Positions 38,204-48,167 are shown, counted from the stretch's first letter. The stretch is DNA of 64,000 nt from Candidatus Latescibacterota bacterium (GCA_965208835.1 OZ242358.1:736001-800000), one strand, 5' to 3'. Translations and numbers: made by a program. Notes: generated by a model from the letters alone, not told the origin.

Positions 38204-38273
38204 TTCGATTGTTGAGGCGCAAGAAAGCGAACACGCCCTGCCCCTGCTCACCATCTATACGGAGACTTGTGCT

Positions 38274-39644
38274 ATGCCGGACCCGAAATACCTCCTCGAC
38301 GACGCAAAAATGCAGGAATTCATCGCCAACGGGTTTATAACGATCAAGGTGAACCTCCCGCCCGAGTTCCACGAGGAAATCTACAGAAAGACCGACGAAG
38401 TCTTCATCAAGGAAGGCAACCCGGGCAACAACGTCCTTCCCCGCATTCCCGAAATCCAGACGGTCTTCGACCAGCCCGAAGTCCACGGCGCCTTTTCGTC
38501 CATCCTGGGTCACGACCATGCCATGCACATCCACCGCCACTGTCATTTCAACAAGCCCAACGGCCCGGGCGGAGGATGGCACAAGGACAGCTATTGGGGG
38601 TACTACAAGCTGCGTTATCACCGCAACCGGTGGGCGATGGCCTTCTACTATCCCCAGGACGTGGAACTGATTAACGGTCCGACGGGGGTCATACCCCACA
38701 CGCATTGCTACATGGACCGCCTCGAAGATCCGGACGACGCCGGAGTTTCCGTGTGCGGCGAAGCCGGAACGATCGCAATCGTCCACTTCGACATCTGGCA
38801 TCGGGCTATGCCCAACCTAGTGGACAAGACACGGTATATGATGAAGTTCCAGTTCACGCGCATGTCCGAGCCCACGCAGCCTGATTGGTACCACACCGAC
38901 GAGGCATGGAGCAACTCGCACGTGGGCGAAAGGCACCCGTTTGTCTGGAACAGCATCTGGGAGTGGTCGCGCGGTTCGAACGCCAACGGACACGCCGGCA
39001 ACGTGGAGGCGCTTACCCGGACGCTTCACGACGGCGACGAACATGCCCGGCTAAACGCGGCTTACGAACTGGCCGCAACCGGTGAGCCGGCTGTCGGTCC
39101 GCTCTGTCGGGCCCTTCAGTCTGAGGACGACGGCGTAAAACTCAACGCCGCCTACGCGCTGGGCGCGATTGGAGAGCCCGCCGTGCCCGACCTGGAGGCA
39201 TCGCTCGGTCATGACGATGAGAAAGTGCGCGGCCATGCCGTCTTCGCGCTGGGCGACGCGGGCTCGGCGGCAGTCGAGGCGGTATCCGCGATCGCGCATA
39301 CGCTGAACGATCCGTCGGAATGGGTCCGTCACCACGCGGCCGAAGCCCTAGGTACCATCGCCGGCAATCCGGACGTGTCCGTGACCGCATTGGCGAACGC
39401 GCTGAAAGACGACGACGACCAGGTCCGTTACACCGCGGCGTATGCCCTGGCGCGATTCGGAACGGACGGCGAGTCCGCCATCCCTGCCCTGCGTGACGCC
39501 CTGGAAGACGAGAACCGCTACGCCTCCGGTCACGCTGCGGTTGCGCTCCAGTATATCGGCACGTCCGATGCGCTCAACATCCTCCTGGACCATCTCAACA
39601 CCGCCCGGTGGTGTCCGATAACGACGCGGGAAGATCTGTACTAG
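38274..39644 (+). CDS. Phytanoyl-CoA dioxygenase (PhyH) family Fe(II)/2OG oxygenase fused to HEAT repeats
   Basis: HxD...H triad (WHKDS; DIWHRAMPN); C-terminal HEAT/PBS-lyase repeats (NAAYALGAIG, HAAEALG). Confidence 0.87.
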   Translation: MPDPKYLLDDAKMQEFIANGFITIKVNLPPEFHEEIYRKTDEVFIKEGNPGNNVLPRIPEIQTVFDQPEVHGAFSSILGHDHAMHIHRHCHFNKPNGPGGGWHKDSYWGYYKLRYHRNRWAMAFYYPQDVELINGPTGVIPHTHCYMDRLEDPDDAGVSVCGEAGTIAIVHFDIWHRAMPNLVDKTRYMMKFQFTRMSEPTQPDWYHTDEAWSNSHVGERHPFVWNSIWEWSRGSNANGHAGNVEALTRTLHDGDEHARLNAAYELAATGEPAVGPLCRALQSEDDGVKLNAAYALGAIGEPAVPDLEASLGHDDEKVRGHAVFALGDAGSAAVEAVSAIAHTLNDPSEWVRHHAAEALGTIAGNPDVSVTALANALKDDDDQVRYTAAYALARFGTDGESAIPALRDALEDENRYASGHAAVALQYIGTSDALNILLDHLNTARWCPITTREDLY

Positions 39645-39714
39645 ATATGATCCCAGTCGGGAAATCATATACGCGTTGCGAGGCTGCCTTTCTCGAATGG
39701 AGACTTGAATCCGT

Positions 39715-39838
39715 TAGACGCAAGACGGGAGAGGGGAGAGATTGTCTGCCTTGTTAGGCTTCTTCTCGTGCCGGAGACAAGGGAAAATAACATAACGGGC
39801 AAGGATTTCTTCTACCGTCTAACGTCTCCCGTCTACCC
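39715..39838 (+). repeat. Intergenic repeat family R1 (about 125 bp, heptamer-rich inverted ends), copy A
   Basis: Reverse complement aligns with 57932..58044 and 59321..59447 (shared core AGAAGAAATCCTTGCCCG...ACAAGGCAG..AATCTCTCCC). Confidence 0.85.
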
Positions 39839-39869
39839 ACTTACCGGGTGGTGTGTACGCGAGGTGTTT

Positions 39870-41003
39870 ATGCCAACATCGTTGTGCAAGCTGCTCACCT
39901 GTCTCGGCGTACTGATTCTCCTTTCGGCCTGCGGCGGGGAGGAAAAGCCCGCCGCCCCTGCGCCGGAGCCGACGCCTGCCGAGACCACGGATAGCACCCC
40001 CCGGCAGCCCAGGCCCCTGCTGTCGGACAGCACGTTTGGCGCCGACTCGAACCCCACGGGCAATCCCATCGGTGGGGGTGAAGGATACGACCGACTGGTC
40101 GACGAGTACGACTATTTCGTCAACAACCGGGCGGAACTGCTGGATGCGCTCAAGCAGGCGACCCAGGGCAAGGTGGTCTATCTGGCGGACACCGCCAGGG
40201 TGGACCTTACGGGCGACCAGAAAATCGAGATTGGCGCCGGTGTGACGCTGGCCAGCGGACGTGGCAAGCCCGATACCGAGGGCGGCCTGGTCTACTCGAA
40301 GGAACTGGAGACGATTCCACTCTTTGTCGCCACCGGTCCCGGCGTGCGCGTTACCGGACTCCGGCTGGAGGGCCCGGACACGATGAGACGCACGGAGCAA
40401 ATGAGGCAGCTCAGTGCGGAAGGACGGTATTACAGCATCCCCAACTCCCGGGGCATCGAGACCTCCGAATCCCGACTTGAAGTGGACAACTGCGAGCTCT
40501 TTGGCTGGAGTCACGGCGCGATTTTCCTGAGGGCCAATTCCACGGACAACCACATTCACCACAACTATTTTCACCACAACCAGCGCCACGGTCTGGGCTA
40601 CGGCGTGGTCATGGACCGGTCGGAAGCGCTGATCGAGGCCAACCTGTTCGACTGGTGCCGGCACCACATCGCCGGTACGGGCAGGCCCGGCACGAGCTAC
40701 GAGGCCCGCTACAACCTCGTCCTGGAAAACGCCAACAGCCACAGCTTCGACATGCACGGCGGCAGGGACCGGGGCGACGGTACGGACATCGCCGGGACGG
40801 TCATTACCATCCATCACAACACGTTTCTGGCCATCGATGTGGCGGCCGTCGTCATCCGGGGCGTTCCCGAGGAATACTGCGACATCTACAACAACTGGTT
40901 CATCCACTTTGTGCCGAGCGTCGCCGTCAAACAGACCAACGCCAAGGGCAACGTCCGGCACTATTCGAACCAGTACACCAACGATCGGGTCGTCAAGGAC
41001 TGA
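39870..41003 (+). CDS. Lipoprotein with right-handed parallel beta-helix (pectin lyase-like) domain, tandem copy 1
   Basis: GAGGTG RBS; lipobox LSAC; Pro-rich linker; beta-helix repeats (VRVTGLRLEGP, VDNCEL, IHHNYFHHN, LIEANLF). Confidence 0.8.
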   Translation: MPTSLCKLLTCLGVLILLSACGGEEKPAAPAPEPTPAETTDSTPRQPRPLLSDSTFGADSNPTGNPIGGGEGYDRLVDEYDYFVNNRAELLDALKQATQGKVVYLADTARVDLTGDQKIEIGAGVTLASGRGKPDTEGGLVYSKELETIPLFVATGPGVRVTGLRLEGPDTMRRTEQMRQLSAEGRYYSIPNSRGIETSESRLEVDNCELFGWSHGAIFLRANSTDNHIHHNYFHHNQRHGLGYGVVMDRSEALIEANLFDWCRHHIAGTGRPGTSYEARYNLVLENANSHSFDMHGGRDRGDGTDIAGTVITIHHNTFLAIDVAAVVIRGVPEEYCDIYNNWFIHFVPSVAVKQTNAKGNVRHYSNQYTNDRVVKD

Positions 41004-41069
41004 GAAGAATGCGATGGACGATCTGTTGATGAGATACGCGATGGTGAGCGGATCGATCTTTTCCACGGG

Positions 41070-42209
41070 ATGAGGCCCGATTTGCCAACATCCATCTGCA
41101 AGCGGCTTGCCTGTCTCGCGGCGCTGTTTTTTATCGCGTCCTGCGGCGGCAAGGAAACGCCCCCGGCGCCCGAACCGCAGCCAACCGAACCGACGGGCGG
41201 GCGGGACCTGAGCAACCGCGCGCTGCTTTCCGACGACAAGTTCGGGGCCGACTCTAACCCCACCGGCAATCCGATCGGCGGCGGCGAGGGATACGATCAA
41301 CTGGTTGAGGAGTACGATTTCTTCGTCACCAACCGGGCGGAGTTGCTGGATGCGCTCAAGCAGGCGACGGGGGGGCAGGTGGTCTACGTGGCGGATACCG
41401 CGAGGGTGGACCTGACCGGGGATACGGACATCGAGATCCGTGCGGGCGTCACGCTGGCCAGCGGCCGGGGCAAGCCCGATTCCGACGGCGGCCTCATTTT
41501 TTCTGAACTGCTGGATACGGCGCCGTTGTTTGTCTCCGTCGGTCCCGACGTTCGGCTTACCGGCCTCAGGCTGGAGGGACCGGACTCGATGAGACGCACC
41601 GAACAGATGACGCAGCTCCTGAGGGAAGGGCGGTTCTACAGCATACCCAACTCCAGGGCCATCGAGACCTTCCAACCGAGGCTGGAAGTGGACAACTGCG
41701 AACTCTGGGGCTGGAGTCACGGCGCGATTTTCCTCCGGAGGAATTCCACGGACAACCACATCCACCACAACTATATCCACCACAATCAGCGCCACGGCCT
41801 CGGCTACGGCGTGGTGATGGACAATTCCGAAGCGCTCATCGAAGCCAACCTGTTCGACTGGTGCCGGCACCACATCGCGGGCACGGGCAGGCCGAACACC
41901 AGCTACGAAGCCAGATACAACATGGTTCTGGAGAACGCCAACAGCCACAGCTTCGATATGCACGGCGGCAGAGACCGCGAAGACGGAACGCACATTGCCG
42001 GAAACCTCATTCTCATCCACCACAACACGTTTCTAGCCGTCGACGTGGAAGCGGTGGTCATCCGGGGCATACCACAGGATATATGCGAAGTCTACAACAA
42101 TTGGTTTATCCACTGGCTCCCGGCTACGGCCATCAAACAGGTCTACGCTACGGGAAATATGAGAAACTACTCAAACCAGTACACGCATACCCGGGTCGTG
42201 AAGGACTGA
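41070..42209 (+). CDS. Lipoprotein with right-handed parallel beta-helix domain, tandem copy 2
   Basis: Lipobox IASC; long stretches identical to copy 1. The start could be TTG 41082 (LPTSICK versus MPTSLCK). Confidence 0.8.
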   Translation: MRPDLPTSICKRLACLAALFFIASCGGKETPPAPEPQPTEPTGGRDLSNRALLSDDKFGADSNPTGNPIGGGEGYDQLVEEYDFFVTNRAELLDALKQATGGQVVYVADTARVDLTGDTDIEIRAGVTLASGRGKPDSDGGLIFSELLDTAPLFVSVGPDVRLTGLRLEGPDSMRRTEQMTQLLREGRFYSIPNSRAIETFQPRLEVDNCELWGWSHGAIFLRRNSTDNHIHHNYIHHNQRHGLGYGVVMDNSEALIEANLFDWCRHHIAGTGRPNTSYEARYNMVLENANSHSFDMHGGRDREDGTHIAGNLILIHHNTFLAVDVEAVVIRGIPQDICEVYNNWFIHWLPATAIKQVYATGNMRNYSNQYTHTRVVKD

Positions 42210-42346
42210 GCGACGAAGAATGCACACCGTCTGGCGTCCAGAAGAGCGCTTTCCCTGATCCCGTCGCACATCGGCGGGATTCTTGCGAATCTTTCAGAAA
42301 CACAACGCCAGGGAAGTTTCCATATTCGAGGAGAGGAGTCCGGCGA

Positions 42347-42799
42347 ATGTCGAAATGCTGGAAGGTCTACCTGGCCGGCGAAATCCACAGCGACTGGCGG
42401 GACCGGATCGCAAGCGCGGCGGCGGAAAGGGAGCTTCCGGTTTCCTTCACGGCTCCGGTGACCGACCACGCCGCCAGCGACAACTGCGGCGTGGATATCC
42501 TGGGTCCGGAGGAGTCCTCGTTCTGGAAGGACCACAAGGGCGCGAAGATCAATGCCATCCGGACCCGGACGCTCATTGGCGACGCCGACGTCGTGGTCGT
42601 GCGTTTCGGAGACAAGTACCGGCAGTGGAACGCGGCGTTCGACGCCGGGTTCGCCGCTGCCCTGGGCAAGCCGATAATTGTGATACACGACGCAGGCATC
42701 GCCCACGCGCTCAAGGAAGTCGACTCGGCGGCCCTGGCGGTGGCGGAGACGCCCGAACAGGTGGCGGACGTACTCGGTTACGTTGTCCATGGGACCTGA
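42347..42799 (+). CDS. YtoQ family protein
   Basis: AGGAG RBS; VYLAGEIHSDWR, PVTDHAASD, KINAIRTRT, VRFGDKYRQWNAAFDAG, HALKEVD. Confidence 0.9.
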   Translation: MSKCWKVYLAGEIHSDWRDRIASAAAERELPVSFTAPVTDHAASDNCGVDILGPEESSFWKDHKGAKINAIRTRTLIGDADVVVVRFGDKYRQWNAAFDAGFAAALGKPIIVIHDAGIAHALKEVDSAALAVAETPEQVADVLGYVVHGT

Positions 42800-42860
42800 A
42801 AGTCGCATTCCGAAATCCCATTCTTCCCGACGCCCCTCGTGCCGGCGTGCAAAAAACACC

Positions 42861-42889
42861 TTGAAAGATGAACAAAGATGCACTATATT
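42861..42889 (+). promoter_or_regulatory. Sigma70-like promoter TTGAAA-17-TATATT for parE-parC
   Basis: Near-consensus hexamers with a 17-nt spacer upstream of parE. Confidence 0.55.
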
Positions 42890-43037
42890 TAGGTGCTGTC
42901 TTTCCCCTTTATTTCCCCACAGTTAGGTTCCTTTTAGGCCCCATTCCGACCTGATTCCGCGTCAGGTTCGTCTGTCTCCCCGGTTGTACATTCGCCGCGC
43001 GGGGTCGCATCATCCAGCGATCCCGAAAAGGTGGGTT

Positions 43038-44939
43038 ATGCCCGAAACAAATCCGACGATTCAGAGTCCAGGTCAGCTCTCGCTCTCCATCAACGGAAAA
43101 CCCGCGACCACCCGTCGATCCTCCGGCAGGAACACCAACGGCGCGTCGCCCGAACACGGGTACGACGAGTCCAAGGTCAAAACGCTCAGCTCGCTGGAAC
43201 ACATACGGCTCCGCACAGGCATGTACATCGGCCGGCTGGGCGACGGTTCCAATCCGGACGACGGCATCTACGTCCTGCTCAAGGAAGTCATCGACAACGC
43301 CGTAGACGAATTCATCATGGGTTATGGTAAAAAGATTGACGTCAGCATCGAAGACAACCGGGTCCGTGTCCGGGACTACGGCCGCGGCATTCCGCTGGGC
43401 AAGGTCATCGACTGCGTTTCCATCATCAATACCGGCGCGAAGTACAACGACGACGTCTTCCAGTTCAGCGTGGGCCTCAACGGCGTCGGCACCAAGGCCG
43501 TCAATGCCCTCTCTTCCGATTTCAGGGCGGTCGCCTACAGGGAGGGAGAATTCTTCGAAGCCCGCTTCGAGCGCGGCCGGTTGAAGAAGAAGCTGAAGGG
43601 ACGGAAACCCGGGGAACCCGACGGCTCCTATTTCGAGTTTCTTCCCGATGTTCAGATCTTCGGCGATGACTTCGCGTTCAACTTCGATTACGTCCGGCAG
43701 CGGCTGTGGAATTACGCATGCCTGAACAGTGGACTTTCGCTGGTCTTCAACAAGGAACGATTTGTATCCAGGAACGGATTGCTGGACTTCCTCACACGCG
43801 AAGTCGGCGAGACCGCCCTCTATGAGCCATTGTATCACAAGTCCCAATACCTGGAGTTCGCGTTTAGCCACACGGCCAGCTTTGGGGAGACGTATTTCTC
43901 TTTCGTCAACGGCCAACACACCAGCGACGGCGGGGCCCACCAGAGCGCCTTTCGCGAGGGCATCCTCAAGGGTGTGAATGAATTCTACAAGAAGAACTAC
44001 AACGGCATCGACGTGCGGGAGAGCATCTCCGGCGCCGTTGCCGTCAAGCTCAAGGCGCCTGTCTTCGAGTCGCAGACCAAGAACAAGCTTGGGAATACGG
44101 ATATTCGGGGGTGGATTGTCACGGAGGTCAAGAGCGCCGTGGTCGACCTCCTTCACAAGAACCAGACCGCGGCCGGGCGCCTGTCCGAGAAGATCGCCCA
44201 GAACGAAAAGTTGAGAAAGGAACTCAACGCCGTAAAGAAAGAAGCCAAGGAAGCCGCCCGGAAGATCGCAATCAAGATTCCGCACTTTAAAGACTGCAAG
44301 TTCCACCTGGGCCAGAAGAAGCATGGCGAAGACTCAACCATCTTCATCACCGAGGGCCCGTCCGCGGCGGGGTCCATGGTCGCTGCGCGCGACGTCCTCA
44401 CCCAGGCGATATTCGGCCTGAAGGGCGTTCCATTGAACGTATTCGGCAAGAACAAGGCCGCGGTGTACAAGAACGAGGAATTGTACAACCTCATGATGGC
44501 GCTGGGTATCGAAGACAGCATCGAAAACCTGCGTTTTAACAAAATCGTCATTGCCACCGATGCCGACCACGATGGTTACCATATCCGGTACCTGCTCCTC
44601 ACGTATTTCCTGAACTACTTCGAGGAACTGGTGCTGGCCGGCCATCTCTATATCCTCGAAACCCCGCTGTTCCGCGTCCGGAACAGCAAGGTCACGCGCT
44701 ACTGTTACAACAACCGGGAGCGCGACAGCGCCGTTGCGGAGGTCAAAAACCCGGAAATCACCCGCTTCAAGGGGCTTGGGGAAATCTCGCCGAAAGAATT
44801 CGGTCAATTCATCGGCGACGACATGCGTCTGGTCAAAGTCAATATCCGCTCCATATCCGAAATCGCCAACACGCTCAGCTTCTACATGGGCAAGAACACC
44901 CCCGAACGCAGGGACTACATCGTCGAAAACCTGATCTGA
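43038..44939 (+). CDS. parE: DNA topoisomerase IV subunit B (Bacteroidetes/spirochete-like type)
   Basis: EHIRLRTGMYIG, KEVIDNAVDE, GLNGVGTKAVNALS, TOPRIM ITEG.SA and ATDAD.DG.HI, TRFKGLGEI. Confidence 0.92.
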   Translation: MPETNPTIQSPGQLSLSINGKPATTRRSSGRNTNGASPEHGYDESKVKTLSSLEHIRLRTGMYIGRLGDGSNPDDGIYVLLKEVIDNAVDEFIMGYGKKIDVSIEDNRVRVRDYGRGIPLGKVIDCVSIINTGAKYNDDVFQFSVGLNGVGTKAVNALSSDFRAVAYREGEFFEARFERGRLKKKLKGRKPGEPDGSYFEFLPDVQIFGDDFAFNFDYVRQRLWNYACLNSGLSLVFNKERFVSRNGLLDFLTREVGETALYEPLYHKSQYLEFAFSHTASFGETYFSFVNGQHTSDGGAHQSAFREGILKGVNEFYKKNYNGIDVRESISGAVAVKLKAPVFESQTKNKLGNTDIRGWIVTEVKSAVVDLLHKNQTAAGRLSEKIAQNEKLRKELNAVKKEAKEAARKIAIKIPHFKDCKFHLGQKKHGEDSTIFITEGPSAAGSMVAARDVLTQAIFGLKGVPLNVFGKNKAAVYKNEELYNLMMALGIEDSIENLRFNKIVIATDADHDGYHIRYLLLTYFLNYFEELVLAGHLYILETPLFRVRNSKVTRYCYNNRERDSAVAEVKNPEITRFKGLGEISPKEFGQFIGDDMRLVKVNIRSISEIANTLSFYMGKNTPERRDYIVENLI

Positions 44940-45148
44940 GAAGCTGTTTTAAAATTCCCGGTGAGTCCCGAGCGCGAGCGAAAATGTGTCGGTTATGAGG
45001 CGCGAGGGGCGCGCAGCGCCGACGGGCAAAGGCGCCTAAGAGAGGCGAGCAAGCGCAGCCTCGACCTCTCGATACGGGTGCTTTTGACCAACGCAGACCG
45101 ACGGGTTTGCAGCCGCGCGAAGACCGCTGAGGGTTTTAAGACAGCTTC
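44940..45148 (+). mobile_element. MITE (209 bp) with TIRs GAAGCTGTYTTAAAA between parE and parC
   Basis: Left end GAAGCTGTTTTAAAA, right end TTTTAAGACAGCTTC; flanked by TGA/CGA; homologous inverted copy at 56492..56676. Confidence 0.85.
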
Positions 45149-45244
45149 CGAACACCGGGTCAACCCCAATGCAGGGGTCAGGAGAAAACCGTGTTTCCGT
45201 CTTTTCCTGGCCCCTGAGTTCTTACGCGGCAAAGAGGAGAAACC

Positions 45245-47134
45245 GTGGCGTTCGTAGACACCCTTTACGAAAAATACTACCTCGAATTTGCGTCCTATTC
45301 CATCAAGAACCGGGCGATACCCAGTATCGACGACGGTTTCAAGCCGGTTCAGCGGCGCATCCTGCACGCCCTCCACGAGATGGACGACGGCAAGTACCAC
45401 AAGGTTGCCAACGTCGTGGGCCAGACCATGAGGTACCATCCCCATGGGGATCTCTCAATCTTCGGCGCCCTCGTCAACCTGGCGAACAAGGAGCTGTTCA
45501 TCGACAGGCAGGGCAACTTCGGCAACATCTTCACGGGCGACGAGGCCTCCGCGGCGCGCTATATCGAATGCCGGCTCACGCCTTTGGCCAGAGAGGTCCT
45601 GTTCAACCCTGAGACGACCGAATTTGAAGATTCGTACGACGGCCGCAACCGTGAGCCACTCGCCTTTCCTGCGAAGATCCCGGTCCTGCTCGCCATAGGC
45701 TCCGAGGGCATCGCCGCGGGCATGACCACCCGGATTCTCCCGCACAACCTGATCGAACTGCTCGAGGCGCAGATCGCCTGCCTGCAGGACAGGCCCTTCC
45801 GCCTCCATCCCGACTTTCCCACGGGCGGGATGGTGGATGTCTCTCAATATGACGACGGCAACGGAAAGGTTCTGGCCAGGGCAAGGCTGGATACAAAGGA
45901 TCCGAAACGCATCATCGTGCGTGAACTGCCATTCGGTACGACAACCGAGACCCTCATCGCCTCCATCGAAGACGCATCCAAAAAAGGCAAACTCAAAATC
46001 TCGGGTATCAGCGACTATACGACCGATCAGGTGGAAATTGAAATCCAGCTCGCCCGCGGCGTGCATACCAGGGATACCGTCGACGCCCTGTATGCGTTTA
46101 CGGACTGCGAGACGTCAATTGCGGCGAATCTGCTGGTCATACGCGAGAACCGGCCGCAGATCACCACCGTGACCGATGTGATCCGATACAATACGGACCG
46201 CCTGGTCGAGCTGCTCAGGACCGAACTCAAACTCGAAGAGCGACGGTTGACCGCGCGCCATCACGCGAAGACGCTCGAACAGATCTTCATCGAAAACCGG
46301 ATTTACAAGAGCATCGAGGAGGAGACCACCTCCGAGGATGTGTACCGTGCGGTATTCGAAGGGCTCGAACACTTCAAGGAGAGCATCAGGGCGGAAGTCT
46401 CCCATGAGGACGTGGATAACCTGCTCAAGATCCCCATCAGGCGCATCTCGCTCTACGATATCAACAAGGTCCAGGAAGAAATGCAGGAAATCCGCAGGCG
46501 CCTCAGGGAGGTCCGCGCCAACCTGCGCGGCATCCAGGCCTACGCCATTGCATTTCTCGAGGGAGTCATTGAGAAATACCGCGTCGATCACCCCCGGAAG
46601 ACCGAGGTCGCAAGCATCCAGAGAGTCGACGTCCGGGAAGCCGCCCAGCGAAATCTTAAGCTGCGCTACGACAAGAATACCGGTTACCTGGGCCACCAGG
46701 TCAACGGCGTCGCCCTTTTCGATGTGTCTGCGTACGACCGTGTTCTGGTGATCCGCAAGTCCGGAATGTACTCCGTGGTGGACGTCCCTGAAAAACTCTT
46801 CGTGGACAAGGGCATGCTTTTCTGCGGTTTCGTGGTGGAAGACCGCGTCTACAACGTCTTCTACAAAGAGAACAGGACCGGATATCTCTACATCAAACGG
46901 TGCAGGATCGACAAGTTCATCCTGAACCGGGGGTACGAACTGGCGCCCGAAGGCTGCCGCATACTGAAACTCACCACGGATTCCAGCCGCACGGTCCGGG
47001 CTTTCTTCAAACCCAAACCGCGGGTGAGAATCACCGAAGAGGATTTCACAATCGACGAGTATCCCGTTCGCGGCAACAAGGCCCGGGGAATCCGCCTGGC
47101 CAACCGCGAAGTCCGGAGCGTGAAGTTTGTCTGA
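45245..47134 (+). CDS. parC: DNA topoisomerase IV subunit A (short C-terminal domain)
   Basis: GAGGAG RBS + GTG; RAIP..DGFKPVQRRIL, YHPHGD, catalytic AARYIE, GIAAG..T.ILPHN; 629 aa, no GyrA box seen. Confidence 0.92.
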   Translation: MAFVDTLYEKYYLEFASYSIKNRAIPSIDDGFKPVQRRILHALHEMDDGKYHKVANVVGQTMRYHPHGDLSIFGALVNLANKELFIDRQGNFGNIFTGDEASAARYIECRLTPLAREVLFNPETTEFEDSYDGRNREPLAFPAKIPVLLAIGSEGIAAGMTTRILPHNLIELLEAQIACLQDRPFRLHPDFPTGGMVDVSQYDDGNGKVLARARLDTKDPKRIIVRELPFGTTTETLIASIEDASKKGKLKISGISDYTTDQVEIEIQLARGVHTRDTVDALYAFTDCETSIAANLLVIRENRPQITTVTDVIRYNTDRLVELLRTELKLEERRLTARHHAKTLEQIFIENRIYKSIEEETTSEDVYRAVFEGLEHFKESIRAEVSHEDVDNLLKIPIRRISLYDINKVQEEMQEIRRRLREVRANLRGIQAYAIAFLEGVIEKYRVDHPRKTEVASIQRVDVREAAQRNLKLRYDKNTGYLGHQVNGVALFDVSAYDRVLVIRKSGMYSVVDVPEKLFVDKGMLFCGFVVEDRVYNVFYKENRTGYLYIKRCRIDKFILNRGYELAPEGCRILKLTTDSSRTVRAFFKPKPRVRITEEDFTIDEYPVRGNKARGIRLANREVRSVKFV

Positions 47135-47226
47135 TCGCGCCCGCGGGCACCAATCGGGATGAGGCGACACGGCCGGAATAGCCTCTGTTTACGTATCCGG
47201 GCATCACTATAGAAGAATACCCCCAA

Positions 47227-47991
47227 ATGTTCCAGAAACCTCTTGCCGACCTTCTGGACCTGTCCGGACAGGTCGCCATCGTCACCGGCGCAAGCCGGGG
47301 CATCGGAAAATGCATCGCCGAGGTGTTCCATCAGGCGGGCGCCCGCCTCACGCTGGTTGCGCGAAACGCGGGTCCATTGGAAGCGGTCGCCGATGCGCTG
47401 TCTGCCGGGGAAGACGTACTCCCCGCGCCGGCCGACGTTGCGGACGAGGCCCAGGTCAACGCGTTCGTGCAAAGGACCGTGGACGAATTCGGCCGCGTCG
47501 ACGTCCTGGTCAACAATGCCGGGGTGTCGAGCCCGGGACCCTATACGGGCGTGGATCACGCCGAGTGGCAGCGGGTGATCGGCGCCAATCTCACCGGCGC
47601 GTATCTCTGCTGCCTGGCGGCGGCCCCTTACCTGGAAAAACAAAAAAGCGGCCGCATCATCAATATCTCATCCATAAGCGGCCAGACGGGCGGGGTCGCC
47701 GGCGGCGTCCACTATGGCAGCTCGAAGGCCGGAATGATCGGGATGACAAAGACCCTCTCCCGCGACCTGGCTGCCAGCAACGTCACGGTCAACGCAATTA
47801 CTCCGGGCGTCATCGAAACCAGCATGCAAATCCCTCCGGATACCCGAAGCCGCATCAACGAACTCATTCCTCTGGGTTACGTGGGCCAGCCCGAGGAAAT
47901 CGCCTACGCCGCCCTTTTCCTGGCGTCGCGGATGGGCGCGTATATCACCGGCGCCACGATCGACGTGAACGGGGGGATTTTGAAGCGGTGA
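47227..47991 (+). CDS. Short-chain dehydrogenase/reductase (FabG-like)
   Basis: TGASRGIG, NNAG, YGSSK catalytic motif, VNAITPG, VNGG. Confidence 0.92.
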   Translation: MFQKPLADLLDLSGQVAIVTGASRGIGKCIAEVFHQAGARLTLVARNAGPLEAVADALSAGEDVLPAPADVADEAQVNAFVQRTVDEFGRVDVLVNNAGVSSPGPYTGVDHAEWQRVIGANLTGAYLCCLAAAPYLEKQKSGRIINISSISGQTGGVAGGVHYGSSKAGMIGMTKTLSRDLAASNVTVNAITPGVIETSMQIPPDTRSRINELIPLGYVGQPEEIAYAALFLASRMGAYITGATIDVNGGILKR

Positions 47992-48060
47992 GAAAACCGG
48001 GTAGGCGTAAGCCGGGAGAGGGTAGAGAACCACACCCCAGCCCACCACCTGGTGAGAAGG

Positions 48061-48167
48061 AAGACGGGAGAGGGGAGAGATTGGACGCCGTAAAGGGTTT
48101 TTTTCATGCCGCAGGCAAGTCGGGGCAACAGATCGGCAAGGGCGTCTTCTCCCGTCTCACCTCTACC
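48061..48167 (+). repeat. Repeat family R1, diverged copy D
   Basis: AAGACGGGAGAGGGGAGAGATTG...GGCAAGG..TCTTCTCCCGTCTCACCTCT, colinear with 39722..39835. Confidence 0.65.

Noticed and set aside
39819-42023. 734-aa antisense ORF across the tandem lipoproteins
   Set aside because: Shadow frame of two high-GC3 genes; no recognisable motifs.
43038-47134. gyrB/gyrA assignment
   Set aside because: The short A subunit has no GyrA box, and the motifs (HIRLRTGMYIG, GLNGVGTKAVNALS) fit the ParE/ParC clade.
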